64,000 nt of DNA from Myxococcota bacterium (GTDB lineage: Bacteria; Myxococcota_A; Bradymonadia; UBA7976; UBA1532). Under the pieces are notes generated by a model. That model was given only the letters and a program-made list of their open reading frames with translations, was not told where the DNA came from and did not search any database. The position numbers and the translations under genes were made by a program. Of this stretch, positions 53,334 through 63,297 are shown one piece after another. The DNA lies in contig JAYZEG010000020.1 in NCBI GenBank assembly GCA_036337435.1, positions 23,491 to 87,490 of the forward strand, written 5' to 3'. Numbering within the stretch: the first letter of the stretch is position 1; every line of letters starts with the position of its first letter.

Positions 53334-54566
53334 ATGGGTTTTGAATTAAGCATCGCCCTCAGGCATCTGAGGTCAAGCAAATCCAAGGGGCTGTCATTGG
53401 TCGCTTGGCTGTCCATAATCGGGGTGGCGGCAGGCGTTGCGGCATTGGTCGGCGGTTTTTCTGTCACGAGTGGATTTAACAAGGCCTTCGCTGAGAAATT
53501 ATTGGGCGTGACCGCCCATGTGAAGGTGATGCGTCCCTCTGATCCTGTCCGGGTCATGACCATCGCCGATAAAATCCCCGGCATCATTTCCAGTTCTCCT
53601 GCAACTCAGGAACAAGCCCTAGTAACGGGGCCCGGTGGCTCTGTTGGCAGTATCATTAAAGGGATCGATCGCAATCGAGCTGGGAAGACGCTGGGCCTAG
53701 ACTCTCAAATCATCCAAGGACGGCTGACTGATTTGCGTCGGAAACGCGATGGCGAAGCACCGACGATTATTCTAGGTGAACAATTGGCACGTTCCATCGG
53801 GGCGAAGGTGGGCGATGTCGTCTCTCTTTTGTCACCGTCGCACAGCAAAGAGTCTGAATCATGGGGTACTGTTCGGGGCACGCCAAAGATGCGTTCAATG
53901 CGGGTTGTGGCCCTATATCGCTCAGGATACTACGAGTTCGACCGACTTTACGCATACACGGACCTTGCTGAGTCTCAAGACTTTTTCGATCTCGGCTCTC
54001 GAGTTGCAATGGTTGAACTTCGAGTCAAAGACCCAAACCAGGCTACTCGCTTGGCCAATGAATTAAGAGACAAAATTAACCTGCCGTTCAGCCGCGTGCT
54101 CGATTGGCGTACATCTAACTCAAATCTGTTTGTCAGTTTAACCATGCAACGGATTGCAATCTTATTGGTCCTGGCTGTAATGGTCATCCTCGCGGGATGT
54201 AATGTCGCCAGCATGCTGATCATGATGGTGATCGAAAGAACTCGAGATATTGCAATTTTGAAGGCTATGGGGGCTCGCAATGGCAGTATTCGTCGTGTCT
54301 TTCTACTGGAAGGTGCCTTCATCGCCTTCATCGGTGTTCTAGGTGGCATGGCTGTCGCCTATACTCTATTTGAATTGGTTCTTAGTCATGGCGTTCGGTT
54401 AGATCCAACAGTCTATGGAATTGATCGATTACCGATCTTGTTCAATGTGCAGGACTATCTTCTGGCGGGCCTGGGTGCCATGGTTATCACCTTGTCCGCA
54501 GCGCTAGTTCCATCGATAAAAGCTGCCCGATATCGTCCGGTGGATGGTTTGCGCGATCCGCTGTAG
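53334..54566 (+). CDS. lolE: Lipoprotein-releasing ABC transporter permease LolC/E family
   Basis: IALRHLRS, LSIIGVAAGVAAL, DWRTSNSNLF, ERTRDIAILKAMGA, IRRVFLLEG, PVDGLR. Confidence 0.85.
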   Translation: MGFELSIALRHLRSSKSKGLSLVAWLSIIGVAAGVAALVGGFSVTSGFNKAFAEKLLGVTAHVKVMRPSDPVRVMTIADKIPGIISSSPATQEQALVTGPGGSVGSIIKGIDRNRAGKTLGLDSQIIQGRLTDLRRKRDGEAPTIILGEQLARSIGAKVGDVVSLLSPSHSKESESWGTVRGTPKMRSMRVVALYRSGYYEFDRLYAYTDLAESQDFFDLGSRVAMVELRVKDPNQATRLANELRDKINLPFSRVLDWRTSNSNLFVSLTMQRIAILLVLAVMVILAGCNVASMLIMMVIERTRDIAILKAMGARNGSIRRVFLLEGAFIAFIGVLGGMAVAYTLFELVLSHGVRLDPTVYGIDRLPILFNVQDYLLAGLGAMVITLSAALVPSIKAARYRPVDGLRDPL

Positions 54567-54629
54567 GTCGTGTACTGACTCGTGGCGGGCTCACATTGAC
54601 CAATATTAGATGCTGTGGTAATCGGCCCT

Positions 54630-55439
54630 ATGCGAAGAGATACCCCCAATTTCAATCCAATAATTTTGTGTATTGCACTTATCGTAAATTGCTTCACGGT
54701 CGGATGTGGTGCAAGCCCTGCAACAAAACGCAAAATGAAGGAAACTGCGCAGTACCACTACAATTTAGCCCACGGCTATTATTTTAATTCTCGACGCGCC
54801 AACAACGTCGATGGTGCTATGCAAGAAGTCTTGAAAAGCCTCACGGCCGACCCAAATTATGCAGAAGCTCATATGCTTGCCGGCATGATCTATATGGGTC
54901 GTGAGATTCACGTGAAAGCCATTCGCCACTTTAAGACGGCTCTTGAAATCAGGCCCAATTACTATAAGGCGGCAAACAATCTTGGAGCAGCCTACTTACA
55001 CTTGGGTCGATGGGATGATGCAATTAAGGTGTACGAGTCTCTGGTCAGTAACATCATGTATGTAACGCCCGGGCATGGGCACAATAATCTGGGTTGGGCT
55101 TGGTACAAACGAGGTAACCTCGACAAAGCGTCAAGACACTTTAGAATGGCAATAAATTTGGCGCCTGAGCTGTGTGTGGCGCAGAATAATTTGGGCTTGG
55201 TGATGTTACAGCAGAGAAACCTGCGTCGCGCGGTCAAGTATTTGCGCCGTGCTATTAAGAAGTGTCCCAATTACGCTGAACCGTATTATCATCTGGGACG
55301 TACGCAGAGTGATGCGCAGAATTTCACCGATGCCCGGTCCAGTTTTGAGCGTTGCGTCAAGCTGGCTGGAGACTCAAAGTGGGGCGATCGTTGCGACCAA
55401 CGGTTAACTACGTTACCCCGTGAGGGAGGCATGCAGTAA
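54630..55439 (+). CDS. tgl: TPR lipoprotein, Tgl/PilF(PilW)-like secretin pilotin
   Basis: Lipobox TVG|C; TPRs (AANNLGAAY, Y.TP...HNNLGWAWY, CVAQNNLG); followed by a rodZ-like gene and recO. Confidence 0.7.
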   Translation: MRRDTPNFNPIILCIALIVNCFTVGCGASPATKRKMKETAQYHYNLAHGYYFNSRRANNVDGAMQEVLKSLTADPNYAEAHMLAGMIYMGREIHVKAIRHFKTALEIRPNYYKAANNLGAAYLHLGRWDDAIKVYESLVSNIMYVTPGHGHNNLGWAWYKRGNLDKASRHFRMAINLAPELCVAQNNLGLVMLQQRNLRRAVKYLRRAIKKCPNYAEPYYHLGRTQSDAQNFTDARSSFERCVKLAGDSKWGDRCDQRLTTLPREGGMQ

Positions 55440-55930
55440 TGGATTTTACACCACGTGACGATTTGAGTCCCGGACGCACTTTTTACGAAACGCGCGCCAA
55501 ACTTGGAATCTCGCTGGAAGCATGCTCATCGCGAACACGGATACCAGCAAAATCCCTGCGCGCATTGGAGCACGATAATTGGGCGGCCTTGCCTGCTCCC
55601 GTGTATGTGAAAGGTTTTATCAAAGCCTACGCGACCGAACTGGGGTTAGACCCAGATCCACTGATCAGCGCCTGGCGCGAGGTCGGTGGCGAGCGTCAGG
55701 TAGAACCCTATGTCGTTTCAACACCGCAGTTTATGGTGAAACCACCCGCACCACGCATCAAAGGCAGCACTCTGAGCATTGCGGCGGGCGTTGCCGTCGG
55801 TGCTGCGGTTCTGGCCTTTTGGTTACTGGGTGCACCGGATGGCCGTCAGGCCGTGCTTGGTCAAGATGCCGGTGTCTCCGTCGAAAAAATCCAACAAGCA
55901 CCTATGGATAATGGTTCGCTTCAACCCTGA
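55439..55930 (+). CDS. RodZ-like HTH membrane protein (short)
   Basis: GISLE..SSRTRIP...LRALE..LPAPVYVKGFIKAYATELGLD then TM. Confidence 0.85.
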   Translation: MDFTPRDDLSPGRTFYETRAKLGISLEACSSRTRIPAKSLRALEHDNWAALPAPVYVKGFIKAYATELGLDPDPLISAWREVGGERQVEPYVVSTPQFMVKPPAPRIKGSTLSIAAGVAVGAAVLAFWLLGAPDGRQAVLGQDAGVSVEKIQQAPMDNGSLQP

Positions 55931-55960
55931 CGCCACGGGTATCAGTGAAATGGGTCTTTC

Positions 55961-57328
55961 GTGTTAAGTCCAAGGCTGCAACTCCTGAGAGAAAGTCTTC
56001 AAAAGCTTCTTCGACGGAACGCGGGTAATCATGTCGAGAGATTGCTCGTGCGGACCAGGGCGGCAGACGTCGCGGTTGTGATGCGTTTTTTGGACGAAAG
56101 ACAGCAGGGACGGGTTTTCGACCTTTTGCCCGATGACGACTGTCGCGCTGACACACTCGCTGAACTGGATGACCACCTTGTATCCGATTTAATTGGTCAT
56201 CGTTCCGAGCGGGAACTCGCGCCTATTATCGCGGCCATGAGTGCAGATGACCAGGCTGACATTCTGGCACTTCTACCCGAAAAACTGAGAACCAGTCTGA
56301 TCGATGCTCTACGGCCCGCAGACAAGGAAGAAGTTGAAGACCTACTGCATTATGATGCGGAGACGGCGGGTGGCATTATGTCACCTGAGTTTTTTGCTTT
56401 GCCATCCAGCACAACAGTGTCACAGGCAATCCAAGCACTTCAGGCCTCCGATGATGTTGAAATGGCATTTTACATCTACGTGGTCAACGACCCAGGGCAT
56501 CTCGTCGGGGTTGTTTCATTGCGCGCTTTGGTCACCCATCCGCCCACAGCGACCCTTGAGACTTTAATGGTTTCTGATGTCATTTCCGTGGTTACCAACA
56601 CGGACCAAGAGGAAGTGGCGAGACTCGCAGCCCGCTACAACCTTTTGGCTATTCCTGTCGTAGACGAGGCCAATAGTCTGGTCGGTATCGTGACCATCGA
56701 TGACGTGATTGACGTCATTCGAGAAGAGGCGACCGAAGACATCTTGAAAATGGCAGGTGCGGATGAAACCGCCTACGAAAATCATTCGGTCTTGCGTAAT
56801 TTTAGAACCAGAGCACCTTGGCTTTTTGCGACGTGGCTCGGCGGTTTGAGTGCGAGTGTTTTGATCAGTGCATTCGAATATCAATTGCAGGCGACCGTAG
56901 CATTGGCCGCTTTCATTCCTATCGTTCTCGGTATGGGCGGAAATGTCGGAATCCAGACTGCAACAATCATCGTGCGGGGTCTCGCAACCGGACATGTATC
57001 CGAAGGCGTTGGTCTCCAATACCTTTGGCGAGAAACCATAATTGGTGTCTTCTTAGGGGTTCTTTATGGAACCTTAATTGGACTCTATACAGCCGTTGCG
57101 TATGGCGATTCAGGTGCGGTGTTTCAGCTCTCCTTGACGGTTGGCTTAAGCGTTTTAGCAAGTATGGCTTCGTCGGCAGCAGTCGGTGCTTTTACACCGC
57201 TTCTTTTTGACCGCATGCGAATCGATCCGGCCATCGCAACGGGTCCCATCGTCACGACCTCCGTAGATGTACTTGGCATTTTAGTCTACTTCTGGACGGC
57301 GACGCTCATCATAGGCACACCGACATGA
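55961..57328 (+). CDS. mgtE: Magnesium transporter MgtE
   Basis: ETAGGIMS, CBS pair, GIVTIDDVID, GMGGNVGIQT, DPAIATGPIVTTSVDVLG. Confidence 0.96.
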   Translation: MLSPRLQLLRESLQKLLRRNAGNHVERLLVRTRAADVAVVMRFLDERQQGRVFDLLPDDDCRADTLAELDDHLVSDLIGHRSERELAPIIAAMSADDQADILALLPEKLRTSLIDALRPADKEEVEDLLHYDAETAGGIMSPEFFALPSSTTVSQAIQALQASDDVEMAFYIYVVNDPGHLVGVVSLRALVTHPPTATLETLMVSDVISVVTNTDQEEVARLAARYNLLAIPVVDEANSLVGIVTIDDVIDVIREEATEDILKMAGADETAYENHSVLRNFRTRAPWLFATWLGGLSASVLISAFEYQLQATVALAAFIPIVLGMGGNVGIQTATIIVRGLATGHVSEGVGLQYLWRETIIGVFLGVLYGTLIGLYTAVAYGDSGAVFQLSLTVGLSVLASMASSAAVGAFTPLLFDRMRIDPAIATGPIVTTSVDVLGILVYFWTATLIIGTPT

Positions 57329-58038
57329 CTGATGTCGGCCTTGTTTTAAAGACGAAGCCGTATCGTGACCATGACCTCATCGTCGACTTTCTCAGTGCCA
57401 AGCAGGGTCGATTTTCATTAATTGCACGTGGGGCACGCAAGAGCAGTCGACGCTTTGGAGGCGCGTTGGAAATTGGCGCGAGACTGCAGATAGAGCAGTC
57501 TCGTTCCAAGCGAGGTCAACTCAACACACTGACCAGCTGTGAGATCATTCGGGTTCCGAAGCATGCGAGACACGATCTCGCACGCTTTTATCAGCTCGCC
57601 TACGTCGTTGAGATCATCGACCGAATGACGGTCGAGGGGCAGAGTGAGATAGGAAACGAAGCAGCCTTGGACCAATATCTTAAATATCTGGAAGAGAAAA
57701 CGCCCAATCATGCAGAGTTGGTGAATTGGGAGTTATGGGTACTCAAACATAACGGGTTCGTATTTCAGTTTTGGCCATGCATTGAGTCGGGACAGCCACC
57801 GGATAGCTTCAGCGTTTCTATGGGAGGCGCCGTTAATGGGTCCATCGGGAGGATCGTCGACCACCTGCCCTGCGGTGAAGACGCTCTTAGAGCCGTTGAG
57901 CAGATGCAAAGTGGGCTTTTTGAAGGTGCTGCAGCCAATTGCCATCAGAGCGTGAGGAGCCTGATGAACCACATTTGGAGTTGCACGTTAGAAAGGCCGC
58001 TCAAAAGTTCGACATTCATCGGACCTGAGACCTTTTGA
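57325..58038 (+). CDS. recO: DNA repair protein RecO
   Basis: GLVLKTKPYRDHDLIV, IARGARKSSRRFGGALE; ATGA overlap with mgtE. Confidence 0.9.
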   Translation: MTDVGLVLKTKPYRDHDLIVDFLSAKQGRFSLIARGARKSSRRFGGALEIGARLQIEQSRSKRGQLNTLTSCEIIRVPKHARHDLARFYQLAYVVEIIDRMTVEGQSEIGNEAALDQYLKYLEEKTPNHAELVNWELWVLKHNGFVFQFWPCIESGQPPDSFSVSMGGAVNGSIGRIVDHLPCGEDALRAVEQMQSGLFEGAAANCHQSVRSLMNHIWSCTLERPLKSSTFIGPETF

Positions 58039-58143
58039 ATTAGATTCGCTTTTGAAATACAAAGGACTCAAACAGTGGATTTACAGACGAGAGCATCGAT
58101 GGCAGGTTATCGGTATTCGATTGCTACAGAAAGGGATGACATT

Positions 58144-58809
58144 ATGACAACGACAATTCGAGCTGCAATTTGCTTAGCCTTCGGCTGCACCTTGTTTCTT
58201 CTCATACCGACAGGCGTTGTGTATTCTCAGCCAACAGCCAAAAAAAATGGGCCGGTGAAGGCAGCACAGCCGAAGATTGATGTACCAGGAAAGGGAACAG
58301 ATCTCTTACTCACTTTCGACACCAGTGAAGGTCAAATCAACTGCCGGCTTTTCCATAAACGCGCGCCCAACACCGTTCTCAATTTTGTTGGACTTGCCAC
58401 TGGCAAAAAAGAATTTCGAGATGCCAACACGATGATGATGTTGAAAAAGCCTTACTATGACGGGCAAGTATTTCATCGGGTAATTCCAAATTTTATGATT
58501 CAAGGCGGATGCCCGCTGAGACAGGGGACAGGCGGACCCGGATACAGTATCAAAGACGAGTTCCACCCGGCGCTTAGGCACAACAAACCAGGCATCTTGA
58601 GTATGGCGAATCGTGGTCCGAATACGGGCGGGAGTCAGTTTTTCATCACTGAGAAAGAGACGCCTTGGTTGGATGACAAACATGCCGTGTTTGGTGAGTG
58701 CCGTAATTTGAAAACTGTCAAAAGAATTGCGCGGGTTCCTGCGATTAACACCCGCCCTCGAACAGAAGTTGTTCTCAAAAAAATAAGCGTTCAATGGGGA
58801 AAATGGTAA
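58144..58809 (+). CDS. Exported cyclophilin-type peptidyl-prolyl isomerase
   Basis: Signal peptide; FHRVIPNFMIQGG, LSMANRGPNTGGSQFFIT, WLDDKHAVFG. Confidence 0.95.
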   Translation: MTTTIRAAICLAFGCTLFLLIPTGVVYSQPTAKKNGPVKAAQPKIDVPGKGTDLLLTFDTSEGQINCRLFHKRAPNTVLNFVGLATGKKEFRDANTMMMLKKPYYDGQVFHRVIPNFMIQGGCPLRQGTGGPGYSIKDEFHPALRHNKPGILSMANRGPNTGGSQFFITEKETPWLDDKHAVFGECRNLKTVKRIARVPAINTRPRTEVVLKKISVQWGKW

Positions 58810-58902
58810 AGCCCATTCGGGCGTCTCGTCATCAAGTGTTTTATGGCGAATCAAAGAGCAAACTTGCCTGTTTGAGTCGGAGCAGCGTAGCATCAAGTAG
58901 AT

Positions 58903-61332
58903 ATGGCAGAGCTAACTGAAAATATTGAGAAAACCCGGCAGTTTATGGGCCAGTGGTCCGCGGGTGAGTTTCATACATCACTGCGAGAGCGGCGGAGCGT
59001 TGTCTTATCTCACTTAGAAGGGCAGTTACGCGCAGCTGTCATTGCAGAAGTCGTTTTTGATCTTCTCGTTCATTTGGCCCTCAACCCAGATATCGATTTG
59101 GATGCACAGCTTATAGAATCTTTTGCCTGGCGACATGAGTTGGACGCGAAAGACGTAGTCATACAGAGGCCAAATGGCCGTCGAGTTCAGCTCGTCCCTC
59201 TGTTAACGGACTCAAACAGTTTAGATGATGTTGAGCTGGTCAATGCGCTTTTGACTATCGGCTTTAACGGCAAACTAAAGCCCCTCGAGGACGTCGACCG
59301 ACAGTCATTTACGATTCGTATCGTCGGGTTGCTGCCCGGAATTGAAAGAATCGGTCCGTATACCTTCTGCGACTATTTGGATTTAGTTTGTTCTGAAGAG
59401 GATGCTGGTCGCTTTTGGCAAATTTATACCGAGCGGTTGGCGACGGAGATCAACAAGCGCAGTGAGGAGTCATCGGATAAAGAAATCCCATGGTTGTTGC
59501 ACCACTTACTCAGATTTCATCGGCATGGATTACCTGAGACGCGGGGGAGGGCATGGGTCACTTTGCGTCGCCACATCCGCCGAATTCTCCGAATTGATCG
59601 AAATCGAGCGCAATTTATTCGCATGTTGCTCGAAACGGTTGATGACATGGCTGTTCTGCACTACGTCTGTTCATCTCCAGGATTCGTAAGCGACTCCCAA
59701 CTTCTCCATCAGCTTTTGGTTCGCGGTGAAGAAAAGCTTATCTCATGCGCTTTGTTTGCGCTTCAAATACACGGAGAACTCGACCACGTCGTTGCTCGAA
59801 CAATCGAGCATTATCGTTCGCGACCACTTCCCGAAGTCGCCCATCGAGTGACAGAAATCTATGCGCAGCTCGCGTTGCCTGTACAACCGAATGCCAATTT
59901 AAAGTACCTGACGGTCGGACTGCGTTCGGTCATTCTTGATCACGTTGCCGGTGGTGGTTCTGTTGAAAGTCTTGCTCAAGCGATTGCCAATGACACACGG
60001 GCTCTACGACACTGCTTGCTGATCGCCGATTTAAGCAGGGTCGAAGAATTTCGGACTCGTCCACATGGTCAACGTTTGTTAGACCGTGTCGTCACAGTGT
60101 TTTTTCAGTCTTTCACACCCGCAGCCATCGACCATCCATTCAATGATGAAGTTTTCGCAAACGCTATGGTGCGGGTACTCAAAGCAATGATTCAGCATGG
60201 GGCGGGCCGAATTCGTGATCGGCTGGAATCCTTCGGACTCGAATTATCTGATCATGTCGATCGTTGGACGGGTGAAGATATTCCGGAGCATGTCCGCCGG
60301 AAATTGCTGGCGCGCTTTGCCATCTTCTTTGTGCGCACAGTCATCGCAGTTGCGCGAGTGCTGCACTCCGATGAGGAGACAGCGGAGCAGGGCCGGAACC
60401 TTTATAGAACCTTGATCAAGGTGTATCTTGAACATCACAAAGCTCTGGAGGGGGACAGTAGTTTTGGCGCGATAGCCTTCTCATTGCAGCCACTCTTTCC
60501 AGAAATGATGTCGCGGGGCCTGGAACAAATCGAGATCGGTGACATCATCGATGCATCCCATGTGATGGCTCGCATTGAAAATGAGTTTGGTGCATTTGAC
60601 GACTTGGACGCGCTGGAGGGCGATGAGGCGCGCAAAAAGACAGGGGTGAGTGCACTCATTCTCAGGAAGCCCGATCGTGATGCGCCGTTGATGGCCCCGG
60701 TTCAAGTACTTGACCGCCGCCAAACTAATATGAAATCGATTCTACGCGCGTACCTCGGCCTTGACCTTCTGGCTCATCTCAAAGAAAAACTGCTTCGATT
60801 GCTTGGTCTGACCCGCGAAGGTAGTATCATTTTGACCGACAGGGAGCTCGTCGTCAGTAGCAAGCGAACCTTGGCAGGACAGGTGTTTGAGCGTACCGGC
60901 GACAGTCACGCGCTCGATGACCTGTTGGCGGTCAATGTAAAGCGTCGGCTTCGTTTGTTCTACGTTGTGTTGGGTGCGCTGGGGCTGGTTTTCACAGGGG
61001 TGGTAGGCGGCCATCTGCTCTTTGTTGGCCTTCGCGGGGCTGATTCGAGTCTGGCGATTCTTGGCGGGGCAGCCATTGGTTTAGGCATTGTCTTTGATGC
61101 GGCGATGACCCGAATTAGCGAAAGAAACGAAAACTCTGTCGTCGTCGACTTATCTTTTAGTAGCCGACCCGAAGCGTTTACCATCGCCTTGGACACTCAG
61201 GAGGGGGCGGAGATTCTAGATGCGTTTATGGCCGGTGATGCGGAGCGTCGTGAATTGGCTCTGATGGAAGACGTGATCCGTCAGGATGTAGAATGGGAAC
61301 CCCTGGACGGCCCAATTGATTTAGAGGCCTAA
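58903..61332 (+). CDS. Hypothetical 809-aa protein, helical N-region and C-terminal TM hairpin
   Basis: Long ORF; two hydrophobic segments near the C-terminus; no recognised motif. Confidence 0.8.
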   Translation: MAELTENIEKTRQFMGQWSAGEFHTSLRERRSVVLSHLEGQLRAAVIAEVVFDLLVHLALNPDIDLDAQLIESFAWRHELDAKDVVIQRPNGRRVQLVPLLTDSNSLDDVELVNALLTIGFNGKLKPLEDVDRQSFTIRIVGLLPGIERIGPYTFCDYLDLVCSEEDAGRFWQIYTERLATEINKRSEESSDKEIPWLLHHLLRFHRHGLPETRGRAWVTLRRHIRRILRIDRNRAQFIRMLLETVDDMAVLHYVCSSPGFVSDSQLLHQLLVRGEEKLISCALFALQIHGELDHVVARTIEHYRSRPLPEVAHRVTEIYAQLALPVQPNANLKYLTVGLRSVILDHVAGGGSVESLAQAIANDTRALRHCLLIADLSRVEEFRTRPHGQRLLDRVVTVFFQSFTPAAIDHPFNDEVFANAMVRVLKAMIQHGAGRIRDRLESFGLELSDHVDRWTGEDIPEHVRRKLLARFAIFFVRTVIAVARVLHSDEETAEQGRNLYRTLIKVYLEHHKALEGDSSFGAIAFSLQPLFPEMMSRGLEQIEIGDIIDASHVMARIENEFGAFDDLDALEGDEARKKTGVSALILRKPDRDAPLMAPVQVLDRRQTNMKSILRAYLGLDLLAHLKEKLLRLLGLTREGSIILTDRELVVSSKRTLAGQVFERTGDSHALDDLLAVNVKRRLRLFYVVLGALGLVFTGVVGGHLLFVGLRGADSSLAILGGAAIGLGIVFDAAMTRISERNENSVVVDLSFSSRPEAFTIALDTQEGAEILDAFMAGDAERRELALMEDVIRQDVEWEPLDGPIDLEA

Positions 61333-62326
61333 GGCGTCGCGGTTGCCTTTTCTCAGGCCAGTCGTGGCTTACACCTAAACTCAGATATCGGTACACTGTT
61401 GTGGGGCTGACTCTCAACGCTCTGGATGTTGCCCTCACATTGCCTTGGTGTTTCTCGACCGCTCGTTGAACATACCGAGCGATGGTGATTGTGAGTGGAA
61501 GGGTCGCCTCGTCATCGTGTCCATTATTGATCAAAGCTCCATCATCTTTGTTGCGGCTTACTTTGATTCGGATCGAGTCTGAAGAAATCGGACACGTTTG
61601 ATTTTCAATGCTGGCCCTGAGCAATACATTCTTGAACTCACGAACATTTCCTGGCCAGTGATAGTCTTCCAGTTTGCGCCAAGCACTGGGTGTGAGACGT
61701 CGTGCCGCATTTGGACAGAGTGCTTCAGCCAATCGTTTCAGATCATCTCGCCTCGACTTGAGGTTAGGCACTTCCAGATGAAGGGTAGAGATTCTATGAA
61801 ATAGGTCCAGGCGAAACGTTTTATTCAAGATTGAATGTTCGAGGGACTGATGGGTCGCCGATAAGACGCGCACATTCACGTCTAGGCTGCGTTCTGAGCC
61901 GACTGGCCAGATGGTACCGGTTTCAAGAACTCGAAGCAGCTTTGTTTGCGATGATGGAGGCATATCGCCTATTTCGTCGAGAAACAGAGTGCCGCCGTTC
62001 GCTCGTTCAAACCACCCTCGTTTATGGCGTGCGCCAGTGAACGCACCGGGGGTCGTTCCGAACAATTCAGATTCGATCAATTGAGGAGGCAAAGCTGCGC
62101 AGTTGAGGGCTATAAATGGTCCATCACTTCGCTTTGATAAGCGGTGAACTGCATTTGCGACCCGTTCCTTACCACTGCCTGAACCGCCAGTAATGAGAAT
62201 ATTTGCTTCAGTCGGTGCATAGCGTCGGATTCGGTAACCCAACTTAATCATGACGGCACTTTGACAAATGAGGATGTCGTCTAGAATCGTTTGGTCATGG
62301 GCGTCTGGTGCTATTTTTTTTTGCAT
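61226..62326 (-). CDS. Sigma-54 enhancer-binding protein lacking a sensory domain (AAA+ plus HTH)
   Basis: GAGGA before ATG 62326; GGSGSGKE, ESELFG..PGAFTGA, FLDEIGD, WPGNVREFKN, HTH. Confidence 0.9.
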   Translation of the reverse strand: MQKKIAPDAHDQTILDDILICQSAVMIKLGYRIRRYAPTEANILITGGSGSGKERVANAVHRLSKRSDGPFIALNCAALPPQLIESELFGTTPGAFTGARHKRGWFERANGGTLFLDEIGDMPPSSQTKLLRVLETGTIWPVGSERSLDVNVRVLSATHQSLEHSILNKTFRLDLFHRISTLHLEVPNLKSRRDDLKRLAEALCPNAARRLTPSAWRKLEDYHWPGNVREFKNVLLRASIENQTCPISSDSIRIKVSRNKDDGALINNGHDDEATLPLTITIARYVQRAVEKHQGNVRATSRALRVSPTTVYRYLSLGVSHDWPEKRQPRRLRPLNQLGRPGVPILHPDGSRLPSEPIHDAPHHRP

Positions 62327-62431
62327 CGGTTTCCTCGGATATTGGTGACGGTTAGGGACAGCCATGAAGCACCTCGTCAATCTGTACTCGCTGTTGCAGT
62401 TTTATTCGGGTCGATAGATGCTCCTACAGTG

Positions 62432-62487
62432 GGATTCGCACGATAACGTCGCATTTTTTCTAGGCGGCGGCGTTATCATGCGAATTC
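62432..62487. repeat. 21-bp imperfect inverted repeat with 14-nt spacer
   Basis: GGATTCGCACGATAACGTCGC (62432-62452) and GCGGCGTTATCATGCGAATTC (62467-62487): 18 Watson-Crick pairs, 2 G-T, 1 mismatch. Confidence 0.85.
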
Positions 62488-62598
62488 ATAAGATTTTGTA
62501 TCTAGTGCGTGTAGCGTAGTTGTTTACTCGTGGGTGATGTAGGTTAATATCCAGGCAGTCCAACGCCCGTTACTCCGGTTTCTAGAGGAGGGAAAACC

Positions 62599-63297
62599 TT
62601 GATCGAAGCAATTCGGCTCTACGCTGCGCATGCGGGTCGTGTCCGCCTAGATTATTGCAGTTTGTCAGTTCGCTCTGGGGAAGTTTTGGGTGTTGTTGGT
62701 GCAATGGGGTCCGGTAAAAGCAGTCTCTTGGCCGCATTGGCAGGGCAGCTGCCTCTGACCAGCGGTGAGATCCGTTTGGACGGTCGTAAAGTGGTTTGGA
62801 CAAAACAACGTCAATTCGAGATCTGTTCCTATCTATCGGAGGTTGTCCCCGGCCCTCTCGAATTGACCTGCCAGGACTGGCTTTGCTTTTGGATGGATAT
62901 GGCTGGTTTGGACCGTGAATCGCAACGGACGCGCTTGGCTCTGCTTCGGGACCGATTCCAATTGAATTGGCTCAATCAAAAGATGACTCATTGCTCTCGC
63001 GCCCAAAGACGCCTTTTGGACTTGGCGAGAGTGTTTTCTAACGATGCGAAGATTCTCCTCCTCGATTCGCCTGGACACGATTTAGATGGTCGGGGCTTAT
63101 ACACGCTTAATCGCGCTATTGAACAGGCTCAATCTCTTGGCAAAACGATCGTAATCTCTGCGAACACGCCTCATCTCGTCGTCGCAGTATGCGACCGCGC
63201 TGTGATTCTACAGGATGGCGCGGTTGTTGCGGACGTGCGACGAGGCCAGGACGAATTCGAATCTATGATTGCGCGTTCTCAGGGATGGACCGAGTGA
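62599..63297 (+). CDS. ABC ATP-binding-domain protein with degenerate motifs
   Basis: GAGGAGG SD; Walker A GAMGSGKS; signature CSRAQ; Walker B LLLDSP; switch SAN. Confidence 0.85.
   Translation: MIEAIRLYAAHAGRVRLDYCSLSVRSGEVLGVVGAMGSGKSSLLAALAGQLPLTSGEIRLDGRKVVWTKQRQFEICSYLSEVVPGPLELTCQDWLCFWMDMAGLDRESQRTRLALLRDRFQLNWLNQKMTHCSRAQRRLLDLARVFSNDAKILLLDSPGHDLDGRGLYTLNRAIEQAQSLGKTIVISANTPHLVVAVCDRAVILQDGAVVADVRRGQDEFESMIARSQGWTE

Noticed and set aside
62314..62322. A9 run just after the activator start codon as a slippage switch
   Set aside because: Frame is intact and Lys codons near starts are common; no other support.
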